Shown one piece after another: positions 32,430-42,195 of a DNA stretch of 64,000 nucleotides (position 1 is its first letter; every line of letters starts with the position of its first letter). The notes below the pieces were generated by a model. That model did not search any database. It had not been told where the DNA came from and saw nothing but the letters and a program-made list of their open reading frames with translations. This DNA is from Limnothrix sp. BL-A-16. GTDB taxonomy: Bacteria; Cyanobacteriota; Cyanobacteriia; CACIAM-69d. The DNA lies in assembly GCA_041937175.2 (NCBI GenBank), contig CP166615.1, positions 1,280,001 through 1,344,000 on the forward strand. Direction: 5' to 3'. The translations under genes were made by a program, and so were the position numbers.

Positions 32430-33137
32430 TCAAACTAACTGTGGGAACTGACGAACTGCCACCTGTCCCCGGGAACTGAAACAAATCAGCCCTTGGCTTT
32501 CCGTCGTTTGTTGCTGGCTGAATCCCGTGATCTGATAGCCCGTGGTGTCATAAAAGGTCACCATTGCGCCCTGTCGCAGGGCCAGGCGATTGAACGACGC
32601 AAAATAAGCATAGTCCAGATGGTTTTGGCGGCCTTGAATTGAGGGCTGGCCCCAGTCTATGGGCCACCAGCAATCGCCCGCCCCAAAATCCATGGGGGGC
32701 ATGGGGTTCCACGAATACAGCGGTTGGCTAGAGGGTTGGTTGAAGGGTTGGCTAGAGGGTTGGCTTGAGGGGGCTGGACTGGAAGGCTGGCGAGATGGCT
32801 GACTGGGTGGGGCGATCGGGGCGCTTTGAAATTGCACCTGGGTTGAGTGGGAAACACCCGACGGTGGGCTTGCGGGGAATTCTGTCGCCCCAGTTTGGCA
32901 CCAGTCCTGGTACAAGTCCTGGCACAAGTTGGCTACCCGAGCTTTCAGGGACTGATTAAACAGATCCCCAATCATCAGCATTCCTCCCTGCATCCATTGG
33001 CCCGACCCGCCCAACTCCGGGTGATTAAACTGGGCCATGGCTCCGCGTCCCGATCGAATCCTATCTGCCAAATGGCTGACCGCTGCCAACGAAAACCCAT
33101 GGCGATCGGCGATCGACTGTAGTCTTTGAAAATCCAT
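32430..33137 (-). CDS. Conserved hypothetical protein (AQFNHPELGGSGQWM family)
   Basis: RHGFS..AV, MAQFNHPELGGSGQWMQGGM, WWP..WG.PS..G.QN, YDT.GYQITGFSQQQ; Pro/Gln/Ser linker. Confidence 0.8.
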   Translation of the reverse strand: MDFQRLQSIADRHGFSLAAVSHLADRIRSGRGAMAQFNHPELGGSGQWMQGGMLMIGDLFNQSLKARVANLCQDLYQDWCQTGATEFPASPPSGVSHSTQVQFQSAPIAPPSQPSRQPSSPAPSSQPSSQPFNQPSSQPLYSWNPMPPMDFGAGDCWWPIDWGQPSIQGRQNHLDYAYFASFNRLALRQGAMVTFYDTTGYQITGFSQQQTTESQGLICFSSRGQVAVRQFPQLV

Positions 33138-33167
33138 GCCCCCTGCCTCAGTCCCTCACGATTTGAT

Positions 33168-33322
33168 TTACTGTTTTTGAGCTACCTTTTTCGAGCTACC
33201 TTTTTTGACTATGTTGTTTTGACCGTTCTTCTTAATTACTGTTTTGATTACTCTTTTTGACTGCTGTTTTTTGACTGCTGTTTTTGATTGTTCTCTGATT
33301 ACGATTTGATTACTGCTTGATC
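33168..33322. repeat. Degenerate T-rich short tandem repeats (about 11-14 bp, GACTGCTGTTTTT-like)
   Basis: Visible reiteration such as gagctacctttttt x2 and gactgctgttttt x2 in a divergent intergenic region. Confidence 0.55.
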
Positions 33323-33420
33323 TACGTCCTGATTGATTAACAGTTTCATCATCGGGAACTCATCCATCGAGAACCCATCTATGGGAACTACTCGATTAGA
33401 AATCCATCGCCACTTCACCC

Positions 33421-34251
33421 ATGAAACCCACTCCTCACCCCCCTAAGCCCTTGATTTCGCAAATTCGGCGATCGGGAGCCATCCTCCGTGCCCTGAGCAC
33501 CACCTATTACGCCTATATGTTGGAATATCGGGCGGAATTATTGCTATGGGCCCTTTCGGGAGCCGTACCATTCATTTTGATGGGTGCTTGGGTCAAAGCG
33601 GCGGAAACCGGGCAATTTGGGCTGTCTTCCATCCAATTTGCTCAATATTACCTGGCCGCATTTATTGCTCGGCAAATGAACGTGGTTTGGGTGGTTTGGG
33701 AATTTGAAAAAGAAGTCAACCAAGGACTCCTTTCGCCCAAACTACTACAGCCGATCGACCCGGTTTGGCATCATCTCGTTTCCCACCTCACGGAGCGATT
33801 TGTGCGACTGCCGATCATTGGACTGCTCGTGATCTTATTTTTTGTGCTCTATCCCCAATCATTTTGGCTGCCCAGCGCCGCAAATCTCTTGGGGTTTATG
33901 ATCATTACGCTTTTGGCCTTTGGCCTGCGTTTTTTAATTCAATACACCTTTGCCATGGGGGCATTTTGGATGGAAAAAGCCGCCGCCCTAGAACAGGCTT
34001 GGTTTTTTATCTATCTGCTGGGGTCAGGAATTTTGGCTCCGTTGGAAGTGTTTCCGCCCACGGTGCGATCGATTGTGGAATGGACTCCATTCCCTTATCT
34101 GATCCACTTTCCCGCCGCCCTGTTGATGGGATTACCGGTGGATTGGGGTAAGGGACTCTTGGCGATCGGGCTGTGGAGTGGCTTTTTCTATGGCTTGAAC
34201 CGTTGGCTCTGGCGGCGGGGACTGCGGCAATATTCCGGCATGGGAGCCTAA
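33421..34251 (+). CDS. ABC-2 type transporter permease (DUF990-like)
   Basis: YAYMLEYRAE, GLLSPKLLQP, APLEVFP, TPFPY, GLRQYSGMGA; about 6 TM segments. Confidence 0.88.
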   Translation: MKPTPHPPKPLISQIRRSGAILRALSTTYYAYMLEYRAELLLWALSGAVPFILMGAWVKAAETGQFGLSSIQFAQYYLAAFIARQMNVVWVVWEFEKEVNQGLLSPKLLQPIDPVWHHLVSHLTERFVRLPIIGLLVILFFVLYPQSFWLPSAANLLGFMIITLLAFGLRFLIQYTFAMGAFWMEKAAALEQAWFFIYLLGSGILAPLEVFPPTVRSIVEWTPFPYLIHFPAALLMGLPVDWGKGLLAIGLWSGFFYGLNRWLWRRGLRQYSGMGA

Positions 34252-34277
34252 GCAGCAGGAGCAACAACAGCGCCCAA

Positions 34278-34313
34278 GTAGGAGCGTACGGGTGTACGGC
34301 CGTGCGCCCCCAC
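34278..34313 (+). repeat. Degenerate GTAG-type REP between convergent genes
   Basis: GTAGGAGCGTACGGGTGTACGGCCGTGCGCCCCCAC, related to the REPs in mutS2. Confidence 0.5.
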
Positions 34314-34331
34314 AGGCATTTCCGTTGAGCA

Positions 34332-36596
34332 CTATTCCGCGTTTTGGAAAACCCGCCGCAGATCAATCACGTCGCTCATCTTGCGGATGTGGGTAAAAAC
34401 CCGATCGAGCTGAGTTCGATCGCAAATGTCAATGCCCAAGGTGATCATCGCCGTTTCGCCCGGTTTGGTTTTCACGGCGGCCCGGTTTACGTTCACATTC
34501 GAGTCCGCCAGTCGGGTCAGGATATCCTTGAGCACCCCCACCCGATCGATTGTTTCCACCCGAATTTCCACCGGATAGGTGGGCTGGCGACCCACATTGG
34601 TCACCTCGGGGTTCCAGCTCACCGGCACCAAGCGATCGCCCGGCACATTGGCCAAATTGCTGCAATCTTGGCGGTGAATGGCCAAGCCCCGGCTGCTGCG
34701 GGTCACCACCCCCACGATCGGCTCACCCGGCACCGCGTGACAACAGCCCGCCATGTGATGCAACAGCCCCTCTACCCCCAAAATGGGCGACAGGCGATGG
34801 CGATTTGACCCCGAATCCCCGTGGGGGCGCGGGCTGGACGATGGCATAATCACCGCCTCGGCCACCGGTTGCGCGGTTTTCACCACCTCACGAATTCGCC
34901 CCAGCAGCATATTCAACGTAATTTCCCCATAGCCCAACGCGGCCAGGGTGTCATCCACGCTGTGGTAGTTGCAGCGTTCCGCCACCGCCTGCATGGGCGC
35001 GGACTTCAGAAAACTTTCAAACCCCTGCTTACCCAGTTCCTTTTCCAGTAGTTCGCGGCCGCGGCTGATGTTTTCTTCCCGGCGCGATCGCTTGTACCAC
35101 AGCCGGATCCGGTTGCGGGCCGTGGCCGTCACCACAAAGTTCAGCCAGTCGAGGCTGGGGTGCGCATTTTTCTGGGTGATGATCTCAATGATGTCGCCAT
35201 TTTGTAGGCCCGTGTCCAGGGTCACCATCCGGCGATTCACCAGGGCCCCCGCGCAATGGTTGCCCACCTCCGTATGAATCCGGTAAGCAAAATCCACCGG
35301 AGTTGCATGGTTGCTGAGGGCGATCACATCGCCCTTGGGTGTAAAGACATAAATCTCATCCTCAAAGAGATTTTTCTTAACATTTTCCAGATACTCATGC
35401 GCATCCTTCAGATCGCTTTGCCATTCCAGCAATTGCCGCAGCCAAATAAACTTTTCATCATCGGTGCTGGCGGCTAAGTGGCTACCACCCGTTTCCTTAT
35501 ATTTCCAGTGAGCTGCAATCCCGTATTCCGCCACCCGATGCATTTCTTCGGTGCGAATTTGTACCTCCAAGGGCCGTCCCGTCAAGCCAATCACTGAGGT
35601 ATGAAGCGATTGATAGCGGTTGGGTTTGGGCAGACCAATATAATCCTTGAACCGGCCAGGAATGGGTCGAAATTCATCATGAACCACGGCTAAAGCGCGG
35701 TAACATTCATCAACCGATTGAACAATGACGCGCACGGCAGCAATGTCATAAATTTCCCAGAAGCTTTTATTCTGGCGCTGCATCTTCTGGTAGATGCCAT
35801 AGAGATGCTTGGGCCGGCCGCTGGTTTCGGCGCTTTGAATGCCGAGTTGATTAAGGCGATCGCGCAGAATTTGCAACACCCGATCGAGCCGGGCCTCGCG
35901 ATCGGTGCGTTTTTCCGCCACCAGTTCTTGAATTTCCCGATAGGCATCCGGTTGAAGATATTTAAACGACAGATCTTCCAATTCCCACTTGAAGCGCCCA
36001 ATGCCCAAGCGATTGGCCAAGGGCGCAAAAATATCCATGGTTTCTTGGGAAATCCGGCGCTGTTTTTCCGGAGCCAGGTGCTCCAAAGTTCGCATATTGT
36101 GCAGGCGATCGGCCAATTTCACCACAATCACGCGAATGTCCTTGGCCATCGCCAAAAACATGCGCCTGAAATTCTCCGCTTGCTGCTCTTTTTTACTCGA
36201 AAAATTAAACTTAGAAAGCTTCGTGACCCCTTCCACCAAAAATCGCACTTCTGCACCAAACTTGGCTTCCAAATCTTCCAGGGTTGTAGCCGTGTCTTCC
36301 ACAATATCGTGTAGAAAACCCGCTGCAATCATCTCGGGGCTGCCCCCCAATTCTCGCAGCAAACCAGCCACGGCCACCGGATGGGCAATGTAGGGTTCGC
36401 CGGAAGCCCGATATTGATCTTGATGCAGATCATAGGCAAATTGAAAGGCTCGACAAATCAAGCTGTTGCCTAGGGGGCGTTCCGCGCCTTGGGGATGATG
36501 AAAATCCTCCATTAAACATTGGCTGAGCCAAGTGGGCAGCGACAGACTGGGATATTCATCAACGGGCGAGTAATGGTGGGAAACGGCGACAACCAT
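34332..36596 (-). CDS. relA: Bifunctional (p)ppGpp synthetase/hydrolase (long RSH)
   Basis: HD domain (LHDIVEDT), synthetase (GRPKH, YQSLHT, EVQIRT), TGS and ACT domains. ATG 36596 preferred over the ORF-track start at 36719. Confidence 0.96.
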   Translation of the reverse strand: MVVAVSHHYSPVDEYPSLSLPTWLSQCLMEDFHHPQGAERPLGNSLICRAFQFAYDLHQDQYRASGEPYIAHPVAVAGLLRELGGSPEMIAAGFLHDIVEDTATTLEDLEAKFGAEVRFLVEGVTKLSKFNFSSKKEQQAENFRRMFLAMAKDIRVIVVKLADRLHNMRTLEHLAPEKQRRISQETMDIFAPLANRLGIGRFKWELEDLSFKYLQPDAYREIQELVAEKRTDREARLDRVLQILRDRLNQLGIQSAETSGRPKHLYGIYQKMQRQNKSFWEIYDIAAVRVIVQSVDECYRALAVVHDEFRPIPGRFKDYIGLPKPNRYQSLHTSVIGLTGRPLEVQIRTEEMHRVAEYGIAAHWKYKETGGSHLAASTDDEKFIWLRQLLEWQSDLKDAHEYLENVKKNLFEDEIYVFTPKGDVIALSNHATPVDFAYRIHTEVGNHCAGALVNRRMVTLDTGLQNGDIIEIITQKNAHPSLDWLNFVVTATARNRIRLWYKRSRREENISRGRELLEKELGKQGFESFLKSAPMQAVAERCNYHSVDDTLAALGYGEITLNMLLGRIREVVKTAQPVAEAVIMPSSSPRPHGDSGSNRHRLSPILGVEGLLHHMAGCCHAVPGEPIVGVVTRSSRGLAIHRQDCSNLANVPGDRLVPVSWNPEVTNVGRQPTYPVEIRVETIDRVGVLKDILTRLADSNVNVNRAAVKTKPGETAMITLGIDICDRTQLDRVFTHIRKMSDVIDLRRVFQNAE

Positions 36597-37278
36597 AGGA
36601 TTTTTGAGGGAAAAAATTAGGGTCTGGGATGGGGGGTGAGGAGCGATCGAACGAGTAATGGTCATTCCATTGGCCAATTCCCATGGATGAGAATGATCCC
36701 CAGCCTGAAGGTTGTGCAATCAAGCCCAATCCGCGCAAAGGGCGATCGGAAACGGCGATTCTTCAGGGCTGGAGCTGAACCAATGGCCAACCAATGACCA
36801 ACCAAAGTGAATGCTTAGACGGGGAAAAGGCTGGCTGAAATGGGGCCGAGTGATGACCCCAGGCTGAGGGAACATCACACATCAACTCAGCAATTCAAAA
36901 CAAAGAGCCTGAAAGCAAAATGACCTGCGGAGACGACAAGAAGAGCCTCAAACTGCTAGGGTGCTGTTAACCCCCTGGCCCTGGCTGGGGACAACACAGC
37001 GGCTGAGGCCGTTATCGCTAAAAGGAGTTTTAAATTTAGAGAACGCTGTAATTAGGTCTAACTTAGAAAGCTGGTTTCTGTCATGCTTCAACCAAATTTT
37101 CTAAGCATCCCTGACCCTTGGACTGTGGTTTGTGAACGGCCCGAAGGTTGGAGGAAATTTTTATGAAATGCAATAGATTCTACTAAATTCTCTTCGGTTT
37201 CACGCAATTGGGAATGATGTTTTTTGGATTACACCCGATCGCCCTGATCTCCGTCCCTTCATTACGACCGATCGCCCT

Positions 37279-37722
37279 ATGCAATCTCCCGATTCGATGA
37301 GTAAAAATACGTCAAATCTCAAAAAAAAAGCGCTTGACTCGCTTGAATCAGCCAATAATCGCAGTTTATCGGATAAAGGCTACGAAAAACTACGATTGGC
37401 GCTGGAATGCTTTGAATTGCGCTTGCAAGCGGCAACCCAGCCTCCGGCGGATCTGAATGAAGTGTTGGCCGATCTGCGGATGGCGGTGACGGGGCTGGCG
37501 GAGGGCAGCGGCCTGGAGCAATCACTGCAAGTGGAAATTTACAAACAGTTACGTTTGCTGGAAACGGATTGGGCATTTTTGCGAATGGCTCGCCAACCGG
37601 CGACCTTTGCCCAGCGCCGATCGACCATGCAAGAGCGACTCAAGCTGTTGCAGGGCTATTGCGCCCATGGCCAAACCCTGGCGGCGGACGAAGGGGCGAT
37701 CGCGCCAGATCACGGGCCATGA
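37279..37722 (+). CDS. patD: PatD-family protein
   Basis: QSLQVEIYKQLRLLETDWAFLRMARQPATFAQR...LQGYC matches my recollection of the PatD family; divergent from the RSH gene. Confidence 0.72.
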   Translation: MQSPDSMSKNTSNLKKKALDSLESANNRSLSDKGYEKLRLALECFELRLQAATQPPADLNEVLADLRMAVTGLAEGSGLEQSLQVEIYKQLRLLETDWAFLRMARQPATFAQRRSTMQERLKLLQGYCAHGQTLAADEGAIAPDHGP

Positions 37723-37753
37723 ACGCGGAGGCGACTGCCTTAGGGATGCCTTA

Positions 37754-37884
37754 GAGGATGTCTGAGAAGTATCTTTCAGTACGAGCCAAGCATCAATTAT
37801 CGTGGGGGCAAGGGGCTTAAGCCCCTTGTTTGCGTTGATTGCTGGAGCATACAGAGTAGCAAGTTTGGCTTTTCAGACATCCTC
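37754..37884. mobile_element. MITE family A, copy 2 (131 bp)
   Basis: TTA|GAGGATGTCTGAGAAG...CAAGGGGCTTAAGCCCCTTG...CTTTTCAGACATCCTC|TTA; the right TTA is the stop codon of the next gene. Confidence 0.9.
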
Positions 37885-39306
37885 TTAGAGATTATTGCCG
37901 TCGATGATCCAGCCGTTTTGCATCAGCTCGGTGGTTAGGTTGGCAGCCCCAAGACGCGATCGCCACTGTTGGGCCATGGATTGGTCGGCAAAGGGGCCAA
38001 TACGCAGACCGCCGGTTTCGTTGGGGAAAACACTGGAAGCCGGAACCCCCAGTTCACTGAGCCGGTTGATCAGTTGCGCGAGGGGCGATCGCCCATTGGT
38101 CACCACCACAAAATAGGCCGGGTCATTGGTGGCCGTGGAGTTGGCAGCGGCCAGGGTGCTGGGAAGCTGATTGCTCGATCGAGGCAAAGGCGCAAGGCGG
38201 CTGGGGGCTGGCGCAACGATCGGTTCCGAATCCGGCAGGCTGGCCATGGGTTCCGGTGGTGGCTCGGGCAAACTGCGCGATCGACTGGTGTTCCCCAAGG
38301 GGGGCAACCGGCGGCCCGCCATCGGGAGTGGAGCCGTGTTGCTGGGAGGCTGCCATTGGGGATCGCTGCCATTGGGTTCAAAGTTGGCAAAAAGTGCGCT
38401 GGGATCCGGTTCATTCTGATTAGAACCCCACGTTGGTGACCACCCGGCCGCGCCCGATCGAGCGGGCAGGGGCGATCGAACCGGTTGTACCCGATTGAAG
38501 GAATTGACGCTGGCATTAACCGTGGCATCGGATCCAGAAGCTGCCGACTCGCTCAATTCACCAATTTCAGCGGTGATCCCCCGTTGAGCCAGTTCCCGCA
38601 CCCGAGCAGTGGCATCGATCGGTCGCTCAAATAGCCCGGCCCGCACAGCCGTTTGCCCCCGGTAGGTGACAAAAGCCGCCGTGGGAGACAGTTGTTTAAC
38701 CTGCTCAAACAGTCCCAAGCTATCGCCGAGGGCATAGACCACATAACGGCCCTGGCGGGGAACCACCGGCTCAAAAAAGTTGCGATCGGTTGGGTTCGTT
38801 GGGGCGATCGCGCTGGACGGGGTTGGAGGTTCCTGCACCATGGTCACCCCCGAGCCTGCTCCCTCTTCCACCACCCAGCCGGTTTCTTCCGTAGCCGTTG
38901 GGTTCGCGATCGGGCTAGGGCGCGGCGCTTCCAACACTTCCACATCAATGGGTGAGCGCAGTGGGGGCGCAGCAGCGGGCCTTTCAGCTTCGGGGATCGG
39001 CGCGGCGGGCGCACCGGGCAAGGGCGCACCAAAGGGAAGCGTGTCATTGGCCCAAGCGACGGGGGCGATCGCTCCCAGGCCGCAGCATGTCAGCGCCATG
39101 GCCCCCAACCAACGCCCCCAGCTTGGGCCCATGGGGTTCTGGGGATTTTGGCTCGGCTGCTTCCGGCCCCGCTGGCGATGCTTTTGAGGATGGGTGGGAT
39201 GGAGTGCGCTCTTAATACCACCGTGGATATCCATAGAAACTTGAGAAACGTTGACCGCTTCGGGTTCCATATCCATTTCCATATCCATCGCCATCTTGAT
39301 CTGCAT
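37885..39306 (-). CDS. Secreted Pro-rich protein with SPOR-like domains
   Basis: Signal-like WLGAMALTCCGLGAIAPVAWA; RYVVY...VRAGLF...A..RVREL and YFVVV...RIGPF...AQQW repeats. Confidence 0.68.
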   Translation of the reverse strand: MQIKMAMDMEMDMEPEAVNVSQVSMDIHGGIKSALHPTHPQKHRQRGRKQPSQNPQNPMGPSWGRWLGAMALTCCGLGAIAPVAWANDTLPFGAPLPGAPAAPIPEAERPAAAPPLRSPIDVEVLEAPRPSPIANPTATEETGWVVEEGAGSGVTMVQEPPTPSSAIAPTNPTDRNFFEPVVPRQGRYVVYALGDSLGLFEQVKQLSPTAAFVTYRGQTAVRAGLFERPIDATARVRELAQRGITAEIGELSESAASGSDATVNASVNSFNRVQPVRSPLPARSGAAGWSPTWGSNQNEPDPSALFANFEPNGSDPQWQPPSNTAPLPMAGRRLPPLGNTSRSRSLPEPPPEPMASLPDSEPIVAPAPSRLAPLPRSSNQLPSTLAAANSTATNDPAYFVVVTNGRSPLAQLINRLSELGVPASSVFPNETGGLRIGPFADQSMAQQWRSRLGAANLTTELMQNGWIIDGNNL

Positions 39307-39461
39307 GGAATTGACCGTTGATTAGCCCACGACTAGCCCGCCGGTATCGGCTACGCACCCATCATCATCGCCGCCTATCATCATAGCCACGCGATCACCG
39401 CAGCATCACCCATCCAATCCGCGATCTCGAATCTTCATGGAAATGGTTGAGTTTTGCGCCC

Positions 39462-41354
39462 CTAGGTTAGGGAGTCAGGCTTAATCGGCAACTCCACCCG
39501 AAATTCCGTTCCTTGCCCGATCGCCGTACTGAATTCAATTAGTCCGCCATGGGACTTCACAATTCTTTCGCTCACGGACAAACCCAAACCCGTCCCCCGG
39601 CCCACCGGCTTGGTGGTGAAAAAGGGATCAAAGAGCTGATCTCGCGCCGACTCAGGAATCCCCATCCCGTTATCCCGCACCAACACCCGCACCCGATCGC
39701 CCAAATTGACCAGGGACACGGCCAACATGGGTTGCCAGTTGGGGTCTTGGCATTGCCGGTCTTGGCGAATTGCCTCCTCCAGCGCATCCAGTGCATTGGT
39801 CAGTAAATGCAACAAAACCTGATTAATTTGGTCGGGATAGCACAACACTGGCGACACCGCCTCATAGCGCGTTTCGAGATTGACGCTCAATCCCGTTTTT
39901 TTGGCCATGGAATCGTTGCCCGTAAGCCGATGATTCAGAATCAACAAAGCGTGCTTAATGCTCGACTGCAAATTCAAGGGCTTCATCCCCTCCTCATCCA
40001 GGCCAGAAAAGGAGCGCAAAGCCAAGACGATCGAGTTAATTCGCAGCACCCCATTCTGCATGGAGTCCATCAGCTTCAGAAAGTCGTCTTGGATGAAGGG
40101 AAGATCTAATTCCGCCTCCAAGTCCTGTAGATGTTCCGGGCGATCGGGATAGGTTTCTTGATAGGCTCGCACCACATCAATTAAATCCTTGGTGTAGTTT
40201 TTGGCATACAGCAAATTGCCCCGAATAAAACTAACAGGATTGTTGATTTCATGGGCAATGCCAGCCACCAACTGGCCCAAGCCGGACATTTTTTCCGCAT
40301 GGATGAGCTGGCTTTGGGTGTTGCGCAAATCCAACAATACCTGATTGAGGACTGCCGCCCGATCGCTCGACAAACGCTCCAATTCGGTGAGGGACTCATT
40401 GGCCCGTCGCAAATCCCCGATCGCCACGGTGCGTTCCCGATTCACCTGCACATAGCTTAAGCAAAGGCCACTGAAGGGAACCAAATAAGCCACAATTTTC
40501 AGGAAATGGGCAATATTAAACCCCGAATCAAACAGGGCCGTCGAACCAAATACCATGTGGAGCTGAGTGGCAACTTGGGGAATCATGCTGACCCAAAGGG
40601 CCAAAGAAAAATAGCTGGGATATTTTTCATAAAACCGAGGCAGTCCCCACAAACCCAAAAGGGCAAACAACACCAACGGCCCCAAATCCCAAGGACGAGT
40701 CACGATCGCATCGGGAAACAAGGTCGGTGGCAGTTTCTGACTGGTTAAGCACAGCCAAATGGTTAAATAGGCGAGCAAACCTAACCCTAAGGATGTGAAA
40801 CCAATTAATGCTGAGCTACCCAGCCCAGACCGGCCCACCCACTGCCAGCGATCGGGCAAAAGATGACTGTTGGTGTTCGTAATGGCAACCAATCCCAGGG
40901 TCAAAATAGTGCCAGAAAATAACCGACAGAGCACCCAAGTGAAAGGGATTAAGTCCACCGAGCTACCGGCAGAATCAATCAGGCGATCGGCGGCCAGCGT
41001 ATGAAATGCATCCATACAACCGGCATAAAACAACACCAACCCAATCAGCGGGGTGACCAAATCTCGATGCAACGTAAAGTGCAAAAAAGCCAACACCGCC
41101 GTCAGAGTGGCAGCAGCAAAGGCACTCCATTCCAAAATGGTGTGGGTAAAACTACCCGCCAACATGCGGTGTAACCCATCCACCAATTCCGGATCCTGCA
41201 CAAAGCTGGGATCCGTCATGGCAGGGATGACCGTCGGATCCAAGGGCTGGATCACCGTGGAAAAAGAAACCCCTGCCAACTCAAACAGCGACGGCAGAAT
41301 GGTGATTACCAAAACAGCCCCAACCCAAACTTGAATAGTGCGTGGTTGAATCAT
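39462..41354 (-). CDS. Membrane-bound sensor histidine kinase (multi-TM MASE-like input)
   Basis: About 8 TM segments, EKMSGLGQLVAGIAHEINNP, DNGMGI, FFTTKPVGRGTGLGL. The ORF track extends to 41393. Confidence 0.92.
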   Translation of the reverse strand: MIQPRTIQVWVGAVLVITILPSLFELAGVSFSTVIQPLDPTVIPAMTDPSFVQDPELVDGLHRMLAGSFTHTILEWSAFAAATLTAVLAFLHFTLHRDLVTPLIGLVLFYAGCMDAFHTLAADRLIDSAGSSVDLIPFTWVLCRLFSGTILTLGLVAITNTNSHLLPDRWQWVGRSGLGSSALIGFTSLGLGLLAYLTIWLCLTSQKLPPTLFPDAIVTRPWDLGPLVLFALLGLWGLPRFYEKYPSYFSLALWVSMIPQVATQLHMVFGSTALFDSGFNIAHFLKIVAYLVPFSGLCLSYVQVNRERTVAIGDLRRANESLTELERLSSDRAAVLNQVLLDLRNTQSQLIHAEKMSGLGQLVAGIAHEINNPVSFIRGNLLYAKNYTKDLIDVVRAYQETYPDRPEHLQDLEAELDLPFIQDDFLKLMDSMQNGVLRINSIVLALRSFSGLDEEGMKPLNLQSSIKHALLILNHRLTGNDSMAKKTGLSVNLETRYEAVSPVLCYPDQINQVLLHLLTNALDALEEAIRQDRQCQDPNWQPMLAVSLVNLGDRVRVLVRDNGMGIPESARDQLFDPFFTTKPVGRGTGLGLSVSERIVKSHGGLIEFSTAIGQGTEFRVELPIKPDSLT

Positions 41355-41489
41355 GGGGTCGCGATCAAAACTCTCAGGCAAACTTTCCAGCAAACGCTCA
41401 AGCTAATTCTCCAGTCAGTTCTCAAGCCAGTTCTCCAGTCAAGTCCGAAGCCCATTCCTCGGTCAGTCCCTTGGTCAATTTCTTGCTAA

Positions 41490-41588
41490 GAGGATGTCTG
41501 AAAAGTGGTTCGGATGGGCTGCCAAGCCCCTGGCTTGCGTCGATCGATAAGTCCGGCAAGTAGTAGCTGTGGCTTTTCAGACATCCTC
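41490..41588. mobile_element. MITE family A, copy 3 (99 bp, different interior)
   Basis: TAA|GAGGATGTCTGAAAAG...CTTTTCAGACATCCTC|TAA. Confidence 0.85.
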
Positions 41589-41924
41589 TAAACAAGTCTC
41601 TGAGGTCATGGCCAGGAACATCCCCAACTCAACCTCTAGGTGAATTTTTGGGCAAATTTCTGAAAAGAAACAGTCTCGATGGCCATTTTTAACCCCCAAG
41701 GGCGTTGGTGGCCCAACGGTTTCCAAGGGAGCTAACTGTCCATAAAGTACCCATCAGGCAAACCAGAAAAAATCCGGGAAGGGCAATCGAAATCATCCAG
41801 AAAATTGAAGCATCAATGGTCACCCTTGGATAGCGATCGCTCGGGATAGGCAACGATCGCGGGGTTACTCGTGACGGTTCAACAAGCCGAGTTTTGAAAG
41901 GGTTTGATTGATTTTTCGCCCTAA

Positions 41925-42195
41925 GAGGATGCTTAAAAAGTATTCTTTGGCACGGGCAAGCACCAATAGCCGTGGAAGGGGCTTAGGGCCTGTCGTCGTT
42001 GAGCACGAAACCCTAGATCTGCCGTTAGCGGATCGTGGGGGACAAGGGGCTTGAGCATCTTGTTGCGACGACTAGGGCATGGAAGATTAACTGTTTCAGC
42101 ATCACCTCGAAATAATGACGACAGGCCCTAAGCCCCTTGTCTAAGTCGATCACTGGGGCGTACAGAGTAGCAATTTTGGCTTTTCAGACATCCTC
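41925..42195. mobile_element. MITE family A, copy 4, carrying a nested family B element
   Basis: TAA|GAGGATGCTTAAAAAG (degenerate left TIR)...CTTTTCAGACATCCTC|TAA; the central palindrome is interrupted at 41986-42128. Confidence 0.85.
41986..42128. mobile_element. MITE family B, copy 1 (143 bp)
   Basis: GGGGCT-TA|GGGCCTGTCGTC...GACGACAGGCCC|TA-AGCCCC: perfect 12-bp TIR and TA duplication. Confidence 0.85.

Noticed and set aside
37048..37061. NtcA box upstream of patD (GTA-ATTAGGTC-TAA)
   Set aside because: Does not match GTA-N8-TAC; too weak to call.
41370..41482. Degenerate 12-bp reiterations upstream of the membrane kinase (similar ones at about 7155-7220 and 53670-53770)
   Set aside because: Low-complexity slippage repeats too degenerate to define a unit or function.
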